Assembly (NCBI GenBank): GCA_049323295.1
Contig: JBMOON010000040.1
Location: 252,251 to 316,250 of the forward strand
Direction of reading: 5' to 3'
DNA length: 64,000 nucleotides
Source of the DNA: Pseudomonadota bacterium
GTDB taxonomy: Bacteria > Pseudomonadota > Gammaproteobacteria > Pseudomonadales > JADFDG01
Position numbers and translations under genes: made by a program. The notes under the pieces are model-generated. The model was not told the DNA's origin, made no database searches, and saw only the letters and a list, made by a program, of their open reading frames with translations. Of this stretch, positions 18,170 to 33,792 are shown piece after piece (the stretch's first letter is position 1; the number at the start of each line of letters is the position of its first letter).

Positions 18170-19219
18170 ATGTCCGCCCCGACCCTCAACGAACGCGCGC
18201 AACGCCTGCTGAAAACGCTCGTGGAGTGCTACATCCGCGAGGGCCAGCCCGTGGGCTCGAAGACGCTGCTCGAGAAGGCGGCGCTGCCGGTATCGCCGGC
18301 CACCGTGCGCAACATCATGGCGGAGCTGGAAGAACGCGGTTTCGTTGCCAGTCCGCACACCTCGGCCGGCCGCGTGCCCACCGAGCAGGGCTACCGCATG
18401 TTCGTCGACAGCCTCGTCACCTTCTCGCCGGTCGAGCAGCGGCAGCTGGCACAGATCACCGGCGAACTCTCGGCCGACAAGACGGCGCCGGAGCTGGTGG
18501 AGGCGGCCAGCCGGCTGCTCTCCGACTTTTCCCGCATGACCGGCCTGGTGGCGGTGCCGAAGCGGCGGGTGGGCGTGCTGCGGCAGGTGGAATTCCTGCC
18601 GCTGGCCGGCAATCGCGTGCTGGCGATCCTGGTGCTCAACCAGCGCGAGGTGCAGAACCAGATCATCCACACCGACCGCGAATACGCCGAAACCGAGTTG
18701 CGGCAGGCGGCGAATTTCATCAACCAGCATTTCGCCGGGCTGGACATCGACGGCATGCGCCAGCGCATCCTCGACCTGATGCGCGCCGACAAGGAGCGCA
18801 TGGATGCCCTGATGCAGGAAGCGCTGGACATCGCCGGCCGCGCGCTCGATACGCCGCAGGCGCCGGCCGACCTGAAGCTCGCCGGCGAATCGAACCTGAT
18901 TGCCGGCCTGGCCGGCGAAGCCGGCATCGGCCGTATCCGCGACCTGTTCGACGCCTTCCAGCGCAAGCGCGACATCCTCGACCTGATGGATCGCTGCAGC
19001 GCGACCGGCGGCGTGAAGATCTTCATCGGCAGCGAATCCGGCTACGAAGCGTTCGCCGACTGCTCGATCATCACCGCGCCCTACGGCAAGGGCGGCGATG
19101 CCCTCGGCGTGCTGGCCGTCGTCGGCCCCACCCGCATGGCCTACGAACGCGTCGTACCGCTGGTCGACGTGACCGCGCGCCTGCTCAGCGCGGCGCTGAA
19201 TCCGCCGGCGAATCCGTAG
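18170..19219 (+). CDS. hrcA: Heat-inducible transcription repressor HrcA
   Basis: LVECYIREGQPVGSK, SPATVRNIMAELE..G...PHTSAGRVPT..GYRMFVD, VGPTRMAY. Confidence 0.95.
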   Translation: MSAPTLNERAQRLLKTLVECYIREGQPVGSKTLLEKAALPVSPATVRNIMAELEERGFVASPHTSAGRVPTEQGYRMFVDSLVTFSPVEQRQLAQITGELSADKTAPELVEAASRLLSDFSRMTGLVAVPKRRVGVLRQVEFLPLAGNRVLAILVLNQREVQNQIIHTDREYAETELRQAANFINQHFAGLDIDGMRQRILDLMRADKERMDALMQEALDIAGRALDTPQAPADLKLAGESNLIAGLAGEAGIGRIRDLFDAFQRKRDILDLMDRCSATGGVKIFIGSESGYEAFADCSIITAPYGKGGDALGVLAVVGPTRMAYERVVPLVDVTARLLSAALNPPANP

Positions 19220-19253
19220 TACGGATTACTGCGCGTACCGGTGCATCTGCGCC

Positions 19254-20090
19254 TTACTCGCCAAGAAATTCTTTCTTGATCGCCGCCACCTGGTCGCGGT
19301 TGTCGTGCTGCCAGGGGTGGAAGTCGCGTTTGTAGTACGCGAGATAGGCGGGGATCAGCTGCCGGAAAATGCCGGGTTTGCCCCAGAAGTAGTTCAGGCC
19401 GCCGAGCCACATCTTCACGTCGGTCATGTGGCCGGATTTCACCATCAGCTGCATGAAGTGCAGCGAGCTGAAGAACAGGAATTCGACGGTATTGAGCGCC
19501 ATCTGCGAGCGGCGGATCCACTCGTCGTCGACGGTGGCGCGGAACACGTCGAAGGCCACCGCCTTGTGTTCGGTTTCCTCCACCGCATGCCAGGCCCAGA
19601 TCTTCGCCACCCGCGGGTCCATCTTGTCGATGAACTCCGCGCGGTTGGCCAGCAGCTGGTCGGCGAGGATGGCGGTGAAGTGTTCCAGCGCGCAGGTCAT
19701 GGCCAGCTGCCGCTCGGGCGACAGGCGCTTGCGGATGAACTTCATGCCGCCGCGCACCATGTTGTCGATCTTGTGCATCGGATAGCCCTTGCGGGCCATC
19801 AGCTCGTTGAGCACCTTGTGCTCTTTCGAGTGGTGCGCTTCCTGGCCGATGAAGCCGCGGATCGCCTGTTTCAGTTCCGGATCGCTGACCTGGTCCTGGA
19901 AGTGCCGCACCGAATCGACGAAGAAGCGTTCGCCTTCCGGGAAGGTGCCGGAGAGGGCGGTCAGCAGCAGCGTCCGGTACGGGTCGCCGGCGTACCAGAA
20001 CTCCGGAATGTCGTCCGGAAACTCGAAATCCATGCGGCGGACCTTGATGCCGGCGTTCGCGGTGCCGGCGGCGTTGAGGGCAGCGGTCAT
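19254..20090 (-). CDS. Predicted metal-dependent hydrolase (Metal_hydrol family)
   Basis: FPEGERFFVDSVR, FIGQEAHHSKEH, TCALEHFTA, WHAVEETEHKAVAFDVF, FHPWQHD. Confidence 0.88.
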   Translation of the reverse strand: MTAALNAAGTANAGIKVRRMDFEFPDDIPEFWYAGDPYRTLLLTALSGTFPEGERFFVDSVRHFQDQVSDPELKQAIRGFIGQEAHHSKEHKVLNELMARKGYPMHKIDNMVRGGMKFIRKRLSPERQLAMTCALEHFTAILADQLLANRAEFIDKMDPRVAKIWAWHAVEETEHKAVAFDVFRATVDDEWIRRSQMALNTVEFLFFSSLHFMQLMVKSGHMTDVKMWLGGLNYFWGKPGIFRQLIPAYLAYYKRDFHPWQHDNRDQVAAIKKEFLGE

Positions 20091-20279
20091 CGGGGTCTCC
20101 CGGAGGCAGGGCGGCGTGGCGCCGGACCGGGCGAGTATTGCCCGTGTCGTCGGGCCACACTCTAGCCCGGAACGTCAGTCTCATTGTCCTGTGGCGACAG
20201 GACGTGCCGCCCGCCCCTCGCCAGCGTGTCGCCGTTTCGGCATCATCGCGCCCCTTGCGGCGGCCGGGTCTGCCGGCGG

Positions 20280-20305
20280 CTTGAAACCGGCCGGCGGATC
20301 CCCAC
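20280..20305 (+). promoter_or_regulatory. sigma32 (RpoH) promoter of grpE
   Basis: CTTGAA-N14-CCCCAC, close to the CTTGAA-N13-17-CCCCAT consensus. Confidence 0.75.
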
Positions 20306-20357
20306 TTCGGCTGCCAGCCCACCCCCGACCCACGTCGACCAGTCCACGGGAACCGCC

Positions 20358-20906
20358 ATGACCGACGATGTCCAGTCGCCGACCCCGGAAGAGGCTCCGG
20401 CCGCTGCCGATCCGGCTGCCGCCCTCGCCGCTGCCGTCACCGAGATCACCGAGCTGAACGAGCAGTTGGCCTTCGCCCGCAAGGAAGCCTCGGAAGCGAC
20501 CCTCCGCGCCCAGGCCGAGCTGCAGAACGTCCGCAAGCGCCTGGAGCGCGATGCCGAGAACAGCCGCAAGTTCGCGCTGGAGAAGTTTGCCGCCGGCCTG
20601 TTGCCGGTGGTCGATTCGCTGGAACGCGGCCTGGCCGCGGTGACCGGCGAAGACGAGGCCGCGAAGGCGGCCCGGGAAGGCATGGCGCTGACCCTGAAGC
20701 TGTTCAAGGACACGCTGCGCAAGTTCGAGGTCGAGGAGATCGACCCGAAGGGGCAGGCGTTCAACCCGCAGTTCCACGAGGCCGTGGCGCACGTCCCGAA
20801 CGGCGACGTCGCCCCGAACACCGTCATCGACGTGATGCAGAAAGGCTTCCAGCTCGCCGGCCGCCTGCTGCGCCCGGCCATGGTGGTCGTCTCCCGCGCC
20901 CCGTGA
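20358..20906 (+). CDS. grpE: Nucleotide exchange factor GrpE
   Basis: [48 protein letters not shown]. Confidence 0.96.
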   Translation: MTDDVQSPTPEEAPAAADPAAALAAAVTEITELNEQLAFARKEASEATLRAQAELQNVRKRLERDAENSRKFALEKFAAGLLPVVDSLERGLAAVTGEDEAAKAAREGMALTLKLFKDTLRKFEVEEIDPKGQAFNPQFHEAVAHVPNGDVAPNTVIDVMQKGFQLAGRLLRPAMVVVSRAP

Positions 20907-20915
20907 CGGGCCGGC

Positions 20916-20942
20916 CTTGAATCACCCGGGGCCTGCCCCCAT
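20916..20942 (+). promoter_or_regulatory. sigma32 (RpoH) promoter of dnaK
   Basis: CTTGAA-N15-CCCCAT, consensus match. Confidence 0.8.
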
Positions 20943-21018
20943 CCGGCAGACGTAACCGGACAATGGCCCGCGCCGCCAGCCGCCGGGCCGGCAACACAGA
21001 ACAGAAGGAGCAACAACC

Positions 21019-22947
21019 ATGGGCAAGATCATCGGCATCGACCTCGGCACCACCAACAGCTGCGTGGCGATCCTCGAAGGCGACAAGGTCAAGGTCATCG
21101 AGAATGCGGAAGGTGCGCGCACCACGCCGTCGATCGTCGCCTACACCGAAGACGAGGTGCTGGTCGGGCAGGCCGCCAAGCGCCAGGCCGTCACCAACCC
21201 GCAGCAGACACTGTTCGCGGTGAAGCGCCTGATCGGCCGCAAGTTCACCGACGATGTCGTGCAGAAAGACATCAAGATGGTGCCCTACAGGATCGTCACC
21301 GCCGACAACGGCGATGCCTGGGTGGAAGCGCGCGGCAAGAAAATGGCGCCGCCGCAGATCTCGGCCGAAGTGCTGAAGAAAATGAAGAAGACCGCCGAGG
21401 ATTATCTCGGCGAAGCGGTGACGGAAGCCGTCATCACCGTGCCCGCGTACTTCAACGATTCGCAGCGCCAGGCGACCAAGGACGCCGGCCGGATCGCGGG
21501 TCTGGAAGTCAAGCGCATCATCAACGAGCCGACTGCGGCCGCGCTGGCCTTCGGTCTCGACAAGAAAGAGGGTGACCGCAAGATCGCCGTGTACGACCTC
21601 GGCGGCGGCACTTTCGATATCTCCATCATCGAAATCGCCGATGTCGACGGCGAGCATCAGTTCGAGGTGCTGTCGACCAACGGCGACACCTTCCTCGGCG
21701 GTGAAGACTTCGACCTGCGCGTCATCGATTACCTGGTGGAAGAATTCAAGAAGGACACCGGCATCGACCTGCGCAAGGATCCGCTGGCCCTGCAGCGCCT
21801 GAAAGAGGCCGCGGAGAAGGCGAAGATCGAGCTGTCCAGTTCGCAGCAGACCGAGATCAACCTGCCGTACGTGACGGCGGATGCGTCCGGTCCGAAGCAC
21901 CTGAACATCAAGCTGACCCGCGCCAAGCTGGAGTCGCTGGTGGAAGACCTCGTCGCGCGCACCATCGAGCCGTGCCGCATCGCGATGAAGGATGCCGGCC
22001 TGTCCGCATCCGACATCGGCGACGTGATCCTGGTCGGCGGCCAGACGCGCATGCCGCTGGTGCAGCAAAAGGTGAAGGAATTCTTCGGCAAGGATCCGCG
22101 CAAGGACGTGAACCCGGACGAAGCGGTCGCCGTCGGCGCCGCCATCCAGGGCTCCGTGCTGTCCGGCGATCGCAAGGACATCCTGCTGCTCGACGTCACG
22201 CCGCTGTCGCTGGGCATTGAAGTCGCCGGCGGCGAGATGAACGTGCTGATCGAGAAGAACACCACGATCCCGACCCGCAAGGCGCAGGTCTACTCGACCT
22301 ACAGCGACAACCAGACGGCAGTGACCGTGCAGGTGTACCAGGGCGAGCGCAAGCAGGCGGCGGCCAACAAGCTGCTCGGCCGTTTCGACCTGACCGACAT
22401 TCCGCCGGCGCCGCGCGGCATGCCGCAGATCGAGGTCACGTTCGACATCGACGCCAACGGCATCATGAACGTGCACGCGAAGGACAAGGCCACCGGCAAG
22501 GCGCAGAGCATCGTGATCAAGGCCAACTCCGGTCTCTCCGACGAGGAGATCCAGAAGATGGTCAAGGACGCCGAGGCCAACGCCGAGGCCGACAAGAAGT
22601 TCGTCGATCTGGTGCATGCCCGCAACCAGGCCGACCAGCTCGCGCATGCCACGAAAAAGGCGATCGCCGATCTGGGCGACAAGGTGTCGGCCGAGGAGAA
22701 AACCGCCATCGAGGCGGCGATCGCCAAGGTCGAGGAAGCCGTACAGGGCAATGACCAGGAGGCCATCGACGCTGCCGCGAAAGCGCTGGGCGATGCGTCC
22801 ATGCCGCTGATGCAGCGCGTATACGCCGAACAGGCGGCAGCGCAGCAGCAGGCCGGCGGTGCGGAAGCCGGCGCGGCCGAAGGCGGGGCGAAGGAAGGCG
22901 TGGTCGACGCCGAGTTCGAGGAAGTGAAGGGCGACGACAAGAAGTAA
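21019..22947 (+). CDS. dnaK: Chaperone DnaK
   Basis: [44 protein letters not shown] tail. Confidence 0.99.
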   Translation: MGKIIGIDLGTTNSCVAILEGDKVKVIENAEGARTTPSIVAYTEDEVLVGQAAKRQAVTNPQQTLFAVKRLIGRKFTDDVVQKDIKMVPYRIVTADNGDAWVEARGKKMAPPQISAEVLKKMKKTAEDYLGEAVTEAVITVPAYFNDSQRQATKDAGRIAGLEVKRIINEPTAAALAFGLDKKEGDRKIAVYDLGGGTFDISIIEIADVDGEHQFEVLSTNGDTFLGGEDFDLRVIDYLVEEFKKDTGIDLRKDPLALQRLKEAAEKAKIELSSSQQTEINLPYVTADASGPKHLNIKLTRAKLESLVEDLVARTIEPCRIAMKDAGLSASDIGDVILVGGQTRMPLVQQKVKEFFGKDPRKDVNPDEAVAVGAAIQGSVLSGDRKDILLLDVTPLSLGIEVAGGEMNVLIEKNTTIPTRKAQVYSTYSDNQTAVTVQVYQGERKQAAANKLLGRFDLTDIPPAPRGMPQIEVTFDIDANGIMNVHAKDKATGKAQSIVIKANSGLSDEEIQKMVKDAEANAEADKKFVDLVHARNQADQLAHATKKAIADLGDKVSAEEKTAIEAAIAKVEEAVQGNDQEAIDAAAKALGDASMPLMQRVYAEQAAAQQQAGGAEAGAAEGGAKEGVVDAEFEEVKGDDKK

Positions 22948-22962
22948 TTCCTGTCGCTGTTT

Positions 22963-22998
22963 CACGAAAGCGCGGACCGGTTCCGCGCTTTCGTGTTT
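22963..22998 (+). terminator. Hairpin after dnaK (weak terminator or stabiliser)
   Basis: CACGAAAGCGCGGA-CCGGT-TCCGCGCTTTCGTG-TTT; short U tract. Confidence 0.65.
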
Positions 22999-23028
22999 GC
23001 GGCGCAGCGACAACGGCAGGGCCAGGGA

Positions 23029-23604
23029 ATGAAAACAGCACGACTCGAAGCGTTCAGCGACGGCGTACTTGCCATCGTCATCACCATCATGGTGCTGGAG
23101 ATGAAGGTGCCGCACGACCCGACCCTGGCGGGCCTTTCCCATTTGCTGCCGGTGTTCCTGAGCTATGTGCTCAGTTTCGTGCTGATCGCCATTTACTGGA
23201 TCAACCACCACCACATGATGCATCTGGCGCACCACGTGACGCCGCGCATTCTTTGGCTGAACATCCACTTGTTGTTCTGGTTGTCGCTGGTGCCGTTCGT
23301 TACCGGCTACATGGGCGAGAACCATGCGGCCGCGCTGCCGGTTGCCCTGTACGGCGTGGTGTGCAGCGCCTGTGCAGTGGCGTATTACCTGCTGCGGCAG
23401 GAAATCAACTGCGAATTCCCGGATCGCGCCGAAGTGGCGGCGCTCGATGCATCGCAGGCCCGCAAGGGCCGGCTGGCGCTCTACTGCTATCTGGCGTCCA
23501 TCCCGTTCGCATTCGTATCCGTCTACCTGTCCTTTCTCTGTTTCGTAGCGCCGGCCGCGATGTACTTCGTGCCTGACCGCCGCAACGAGCAGCACGGAGC
23601 CTGA
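23029..23604 (+). CDS. TMEM175 family potassium channel
   Basis: [20 protein letters not shown] (RxxxFSD), YVLSF...YWINHHH, LVPFVT. Confidence 0.88.
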   Translation: MKTARLEAFSDGVLAIVITIMVLEMKVPHDPTLAGLSHLLPVFLSYVLSFVLIAIYWINHHHMMHLAHHVTPRILWLNIHLLFWLSLVPFVTGYMGENHAAALPVALYGVVCSACAVAYYLLRQEINCEFPDRAEVAALDASQARKGRLALYCYLASIPFAFVSVYLSFLCFVAPAAMYFVPDRRNEQHGA

Positions 23605-23609
23605 GCGTC

Positions 23610-24734
23610 ATGTCGAAACGCGATCTGTATGAAGTGCTCGGCGTGGCGAAGGATGCGTCGGCCGACGACATCAAGAAGGCCTACCGCAAGCTGGCGATGA
23701 AGCACCATCCGGACCGCAATCCGGAGGACAAGTCGGCCGAGGAAAAATTCAAGGAAGTACAGGCGGCCTACGAGATCCTCTCCGACGATCAGAAACGCGC
23801 GGCCTACGATCGCTACGGTCATGCGGCGTTCGAGGCCGGTGGCGGCGGCGCGGGCGGTTTCGGTGCCGGCGCGGCAGGCGCCAACTTCAGCGACATTTTC
23901 GGCGACGTGTTCGGCGACATATTCGGTGGCGGCCGTCAGCGTGGCGGTCCGCAGCGCGGCGCGGACCTGCGCTACACGCTGGAGATCGATCTCGAGGAAG
24001 CCGTGCGCGGCACCAAGGTACAGATCAAGGTGCCGAAACTGGAAACCTGCGGCACCTGTGCCGGTTCCGGTGCGAAAAAAGGCACCGCGCCCGTTACCTG
24101 CACCACCTGCAAGGGGCATGGCCAGGTGCGTGTGCAGCAGGGTTTCTTCACCCTGCAGCAGACCTGCCCGGCCTGTCGCGGCAGCGGCAAGCAGATCAAG
24201 GATCCCTGCCCGGACTGCCGTGGCCAGGGTCGCGTCCAGAAGCAGAAGACGCTGCAGGTGAACATTCCCGCCGGCGTCGACAACGGTGACCGGATCCGGT
24301 TGGCCGGCGAGGGCGAGGCGGGTCCGCAGGGCGGTCCGGCCGGCGACCTCTATGTGCAGGTGTCGGTCCGGGCACACGAGTTCTTCCAGCGCGAAGGCAA
24401 CGACCTCTACTGCGAAGTCCCGATCTCGTTCGTCGAGGCGGCACTCGGCGGCGAGCTGGAGGTTCCGACCATGGACGGACGGGTGAAGCTGAAGATTCCG
24501 GCCGAGACCCAGACCGGCAAGCTGTTCCGGGTGCGCGGCAAGGGTGTGCCGAACGTGCGCGGCAGCGGCCAGGGCGACCTGATCTGCCGGGTGGTGCTGG
24601 AGACGCCGGTCAATCTCAGCGGCAAGCAGAAAGAGCTGCTGCGCGCCTTCCAGGATTCGCTGAAGGGCGCCGACAACTCGCCGCGCAGCCAGAGCTGGTT
24701 CGACAGCGTGAAGAAGTTCTTCAACGAGCTCTGA
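23610..24734 (+). CDS. dnaJ: Chaperone DnaJ
   Basis: J-domain HPD, G/F region, four CxxCxGxG repeats. Confidence 0.98.
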   Translation: MSKRDLYEVLGVAKDASADDIKKAYRKLAMKHHPDRNPEDKSAEEKFKEVQAAYEILSDDQKRAAYDRYGHAAFEAGGGGAGGFGAGAAGANFSDIFGDVFGDIFGGGRQRGGPQRGADLRYTLEIDLEEAVRGTKVQIKVPKLETCGTCAGSGAKKGTAPVTCTTCKGHGQVRVQQGFFTLQQTCPACRGSGKQIKDPCPDCRGQGRVQKQKTLQVNIPAGVDNGDRIRLAGEGEAGPQGGPAGDLYVQVSVRAHEFFQREGNDLYCEVPISFVEAALGGELEVPTMDGRVKLKIPAETQTGKLFRVRGKGVPNVRGSGQGDLICRVVLETPVNLSGKQKELLRAFQDSLKGADNSPRSQSWFDSVKKFFNEL

Positions 24735-24843
24735 TACCGCCCGTTTTTCGTAGGCCTCCGCCATTGGGCGGGGGCGCGTTGCCCGGCTGCGGCAGCGTCC
24801 CGTATCCTGCCTGCGCTCTGCCAGGGACGTGGGTAAAACAACA

Positions 24844-26920
<2,077 letters not shown>

Positions 26921-26939
26921 GCGGCCGGTTTTTCCGGCT

Positions 26940-27344
26940 TCAGCTACCCAGATGCTTCGGCAGTACCAGGCGAAGCTCTTTGGCGCATTTGAGGAGAAAT
27001 TTTTCTTCCTTTCCGTTAGCTTCAATGCCCCGGAAGAATTCTTCGTTCCTGGCGTGTTCGTCACCGCTAATGCTGGGCATGTGCGAGACATTGAGGTCGG
27101 CAAGCCGTGGGGTCTTTTTCCTGTCGTCTATATCCGAGAGAATGCCGTTTTCGCGGGTGAAAATGAATATGAAGAATTCGTTGTCTCCTGGCTCATAGGA
27201 AACCCAGACAGAATTGCTCTTGCCGGTAAAGCTGGCGCGATAGTGGCGCCCGCTGATTGCGGGCGGGTCCATGGAAAACCCTAATGATTCCAGCGAAGGC
27301 TTGAATGCGCTGTGAACTATCCGCAAGAAGTCTTGTCCGTTCAT
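26940..27344 (-). CDS. Probable cognate immunity protein of the Rhs toxin
   Basis: Small, lower-GC ORF starting 9 nt after the Rhs-CT stop on the same strand; no recognisable domain. Confidence 0.7.
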   Translation of the reverse strand: MNGQDFLRIVHSAFKPSLESLGFSMDPPAISGRHYRASFTGKSNSVWVSYEPGDNEFFIFIFTRENGILSDIDDRKKTPRLADLNVSHMPSISGDEHARNEEFFRGIEANGKEEKFLLKCAKELRLVLPKHLGS

Positions 27345-27353
27345 GTCGTGTGC

Positions 27354-28265
27354 CTATTGCTTTTCTAGCTTGCTCCATTCGGGATGAAGCTTCCGGTAGT
27401 TCTTGATCATCTGCTGTTCCATGTCGTAGAAAATACTGGGTTTTCCCCGATTGGGGTCCCGCCCTATATCAAGAATGGGGCGGCCACTCCGTATTTGCTC
27501 AAGAATCCATTTTCGATTGTGCTGCATCATGGCGCTGGTGACTTGGTCTGCGCTCTTCCCTGACGCCCTGAAGTCGGGCATGTCGTTTAGGATTTTAGCA
27601 TTCGGGATCTTTGAGGCCGCTGCTTCAACACGGCCCATCGTCTCGCCGATGATGACTGGTCCTTTATCTGCCGCACTGGCCGCGCCGTTCACGACGCGGC
27701 CAGTTTTTAGGGCGGGTCCGGCGCCAGGTATTGGTATTGCTGCGCCGACAACATCCAAGCCCAAAGCGACAGCGGGCGGCCCAAGAGGGTCTCCGTTTGA
27801 GGCGGCAATCCCCATCTGAACTAAATCGACCAATATCAGAACGCTGCCTTCGGCAGCCGACTCTCCATTTGGGTCCACATACCTATATGGGCTGTTGTTG
27901 GCATAGACGTACCGCCCAAAAGTATGCGGATCGCTGTCCTTGAATTGCTGCGGATCAAGTCCGGTAAACCTCGCCGTCTCCGGGTCGTACATCCGGGCGC
28001 CCATATAGACGAGCCCGGTGTCGGGGTCTTCCGGCTTGCCGGTGTAGGCCGGACTGGCCGGGTTCTCTGGCGACTTGGTTTGGCGTTCGCCGTATGGCGC
28101 GTAGGTTTCACGCCACAGGACATTGCCCTGCTCGTCCATTGCTGCGGCCGGCGAGCCCAGCGCGTCGGGGGCGAAGTAGGTGACCCGTTCGGCGGCGTTT
28201 GCACCCAATGCTCCGAGAGCCAAGGTTGCGGCGGCCAACAGTACAAGGAGTCTAGTCTGGCGCAT
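27354..28265 (-). CDS. Short RHS repeat-associated core protein with Sec signal peptide and C-terminal putative toxin
   Basis: GGAGG RBS; MRQTRLLVLLAAATLALGALGANA signal; YF.PDALGSP, YAPYGE, YTGK..D..TGLVYMGARMYDP..ARF...DP, Y.YANNSPYRYVDPNG core; variable C-terminus. Confidence 0.88.
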   Translation of the reverse strand: MRQTRLLVLLAAATLALGALGANAAERVTYFAPDALGSPAAAMDEQGNVLWRETYAPYGERQTKSPENPASPAYTGKPEDPDTGLVYMGARMYDPETARFTGLDPQQFKDSDPHTFGRYVYANNSPYRYVDPNGESAAEGSVLILVDLVQMGIAASNGDPLGPPAVALGLDVVGAAIPIPGAGPALKTGRVVNGAASAADKGPVIIGETMGRVEAAASKIPNAKILNDMPDFRASGKSADQVTSAMMQHNRKWILEQIRSGRPILDIGRDPNRGKPSIFYDMEQQMIKNYRKLHPEWSKLEKQ

Positions 28266-28575
28266 GGCATCCTCCGTGATGCAAGCGGCGCGCAGTATCG
28301 GCATTCGGCCCGGCCCCCTGAAATAGGGATAAAGGCTCAAGGCGTGTGCGAGATATGCCCTATCCGCCGAACCCGGCACGACCCGCCCCCGGCTCGGCCG
28401 GGAGGTGTGTGGATTGCCCCGAGCGGTGAGCGAGGGGCAGGAGCACATCTTCCGCAGCACTCTGGCTGCGCCCCGTCGACCACCCGGTTTCCGGGGTGGC
28501 GGCAGACCCTCCGACCCCCTACAATCCCGGCCCCGAGGTCAGGTGCGACCCGGCACCCTGACCAAGCAATTCCAG

Positions 28576-28611
28576 AAAGCGAGATGAAGCCGGGCTTCAT
28601 CTCGCTTTTTT
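28576..28611 (+). promoter_or_regulatory. Terminator-like attenuator hairpin in the carA leader
   Basis: AAAGCGAGATGAAGC-CGG-GCTTCATCTCGCTTT-TTT, downstream of a TACAAT -10 (28520-28525) and ~110 nt upstream of carA. Confidence 0.65.
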
Positions 28612-28719
28612 GCAACCAGAATCAGCCAGTTAACTTCATCAACCATCCTTGCGGCCTTAGGTCGCGGGGAGGCTTCGCACAGCCTGATGAAGCACTGACC
28701 AACGATGTGGAGGTAGACC

Positions 28720-29850
28720 TTGGCCACGCCCGCCCTTCTCGCCCTTGAAGACGGCAGCCTGTTCCGCGGGGTCGCCATCGGAGCCACCGGTCAGTCGACC
28801 GGCGAGGTGGTGTTCAACACCGCCATGACCGGCTACCAGGAAATCCTCACCGACCCGTCCTACGCGCAGCAGATCGTCACCCTGACCTATCCCCACATCG
28901 GCAACACCGGCGTGAATCCGGAGGACGAGGAATCCGGCCGGATCTGGTGTACCGGTCTGGTCATCCGCGATGCGTCGATGGTCGTGTCCAGTTTCCGCGC
29001 GAAGCAGGACCTTTCCTCCTACCTGCGCGAGCGCAACGTGGTCGGCATCGCCGACATCGATACCCGCCGCCTCACCCGCATCCTGCGCGAGAAGGGCGCG
29101 CAGAACGGCTGCATCGTTGCCGGCGAACAGATCGACGAAAAAGCCGCCGTCGCCGCCGCGAAAAAGTTTCCGGGCCTGAAGGGCATGGATCTGGCGAAGG
29201 TCGTCTCCGCGACGAAGCCGTATGACTGGAAGGAAGGCACCTGGAAGCTCGGCAAGGGCCATCAGGGCGCGCCGGCGGCGCAGCCGTTCCGTGTCGTCGC
29301 CTACGATTTCGGCGTGAAGACCAACATCCTGCGCATGCTGGTCGACCGTGGCTGCAACCTGACCGTGGTGCCGGCGCAGACTTCCGCCGCCGACGTGCTG
29401 GCGCTGAAACCGGACGGCATTTTCCTGTCGAACGGCCCCGGCGATCCGGCGCCCTGCGATTACGCGATTGCCGCCATCCGGGAATTCCTGAAAACGGACA
29501 TTCCGGTATTCGGCATCTGTCTGGGCCACCAGCTGCTCGCGCTCGCTTCCGGCGCGCAGACGGTGAAGATGGGTCACGGCCACCACGGCGCCAACCATCC
29601 GGTGCAGGACATCGATACCGGCCGCGTGATGATCACCTCGCAGAACCACGGTTTCGCGGTGGACGAGAAATCGCTGCCGGCCAACCTGCGCGTCACGCAC
29701 CGTTCGCTGTTCGACGGCAGCAACCAGGGCATCCACCGCACCGACAAACCGGCGTTCAGTTTCCAGGGCCACCCGGAAGCAAGCCCGGGTCCGCACGAGG
29801 CGGACGTGTTGTTCGACCATTTCATCGATCTGATGCAGGCCCGTCGTTGA
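28720..29850 (+). CDS. carA: Carbamoyl-phosphate synthase small subunit
   Basis: [40 protein letters not shown]; TTG start after GGAGG. Confidence 0.98.
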   Translation: MATPALLALEDGSLFRGVAIGATGQSTGEVVFNTAMTGYQEILTDPSYAQQIVTLTYPHIGNTGVNPEDEESGRIWCTGLVIRDASMVVSSFRAKQDLSSYLRERNVVGIADIDTRRLTRILREKGAQNGCIVAGEQIDEKAAVAAAKKFPGLKGMDLAKVVSATKPYDWKEGTWKLGKGHQGAPAAQPFRVVAYDFGVKTNILRMLVDRGCNLTVVPAQTSAADVLALKPDGIFLSNGPGDPAPCDYAIAAIREFLKTDIPVFGICLGHQLLALASGAQTVKMGHGHHGANHPVQDIDTGRVMITSQNHGFAVDEKSLPANLRVTHRSLFDGSNQGIHRTDKPAFSFQGHPEASPGPHEADVLFDHFIDLMQARR

Positions 29851-29897
29851 TCCGTACGCCCGCAGTCGCGCACGCCACGAATTCCAGGTAGACCGCC

Positions 29898-33124
<3,227 letters not shown>

Positions 33125-33128
<4 letters not shown>

Positions 33129-33607
33129 GCGCAACCCGATACCCGATGACCGTTGCCGGCGAGAAGGCCCTGCGTGACGAGCTGCACCGTCTGAAGACGA
33201 TCGACCGCCCGCGCATTTCGGCGGCGATCGCCGAGGCGCGGGCGCATGGCGACCTGCGCGAGAATGCCGAGTATCACGCGGCACGCGAACAGCAGGGGCT
33301 GGCCGAGGCGCGGGTGCGAGACATCGAGCACAAGCTGGCCAATTCGGTGGTGATCGACGTCACCAGGATGGCGCCGACCGGCAAGGTGATCTTCGGCACC
33401 ACGGTGGAGATCGTGAATGTCGACAGCGACCAGCGCGTGACCTACACGATCGTTGGCGAGGACGAGGCCGACATCAAGGCGAACAAGATTTCCAACACGT
33501 CGCCGATCGCCAAGGCCCTGCTGGGCAAGGAAGAGGGTGACACGGTGAAGGTGCAGACGCCGGGCGGTGTCGTCGAGTACGAAATCGAGGCCGTGCATCA
33601 TCGCTGA
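33125..33607 (+). CDS. greA: Transcription elongation factor GreA
   Basis: [30 protein letters not shown]. Confidence 0.97.
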
Positions 33608-33658
33608 TCAGCATTTCGGTCGAAGCGCTTTGCTTTGGCAGGAATAAATTCGTACCAG

Positions 33659-33687
33659 ACCCCTCCCTGCGGAGGGGTTTTTGTTTT
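33659..33687 (+). terminator. Terminator of carAB-greA
   Basis: ACCCCTCC-CTGC-GGAGGGGT-TTTTGTTTT. Confidence 0.8.
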
Positions 33688-33792
33688 CCTGTCCCGATAG
33701 GTCCGCCGCCTGTCCTGCGCTGTCGTTGTTGCCTGTGCGCAAGCGCCGGAGTATCGCCGCGCGCACACAACAACAAGACCATGGAGGCCCGC

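Noticed and set aside
20824-23595. 923-aa antisense ORF over dnaK (and similar long antisense ORFs over carB, ftsH-glmM, nusA, infB, pnp and cbrA)
   Set aside because: Shadow ORFs expected from high-GC codon bias opposite conserved genes; no motifs of their own
28330-28500. Hairpins upstream of the Rhs gene as IS/MITE ends or a target-site duplication
   Set aside because: Only short GC-rich stems; the similarity of CCGGTTTTTCCGG (26925) to CCGGTTTCCGG (28484) is too weak; no transposase
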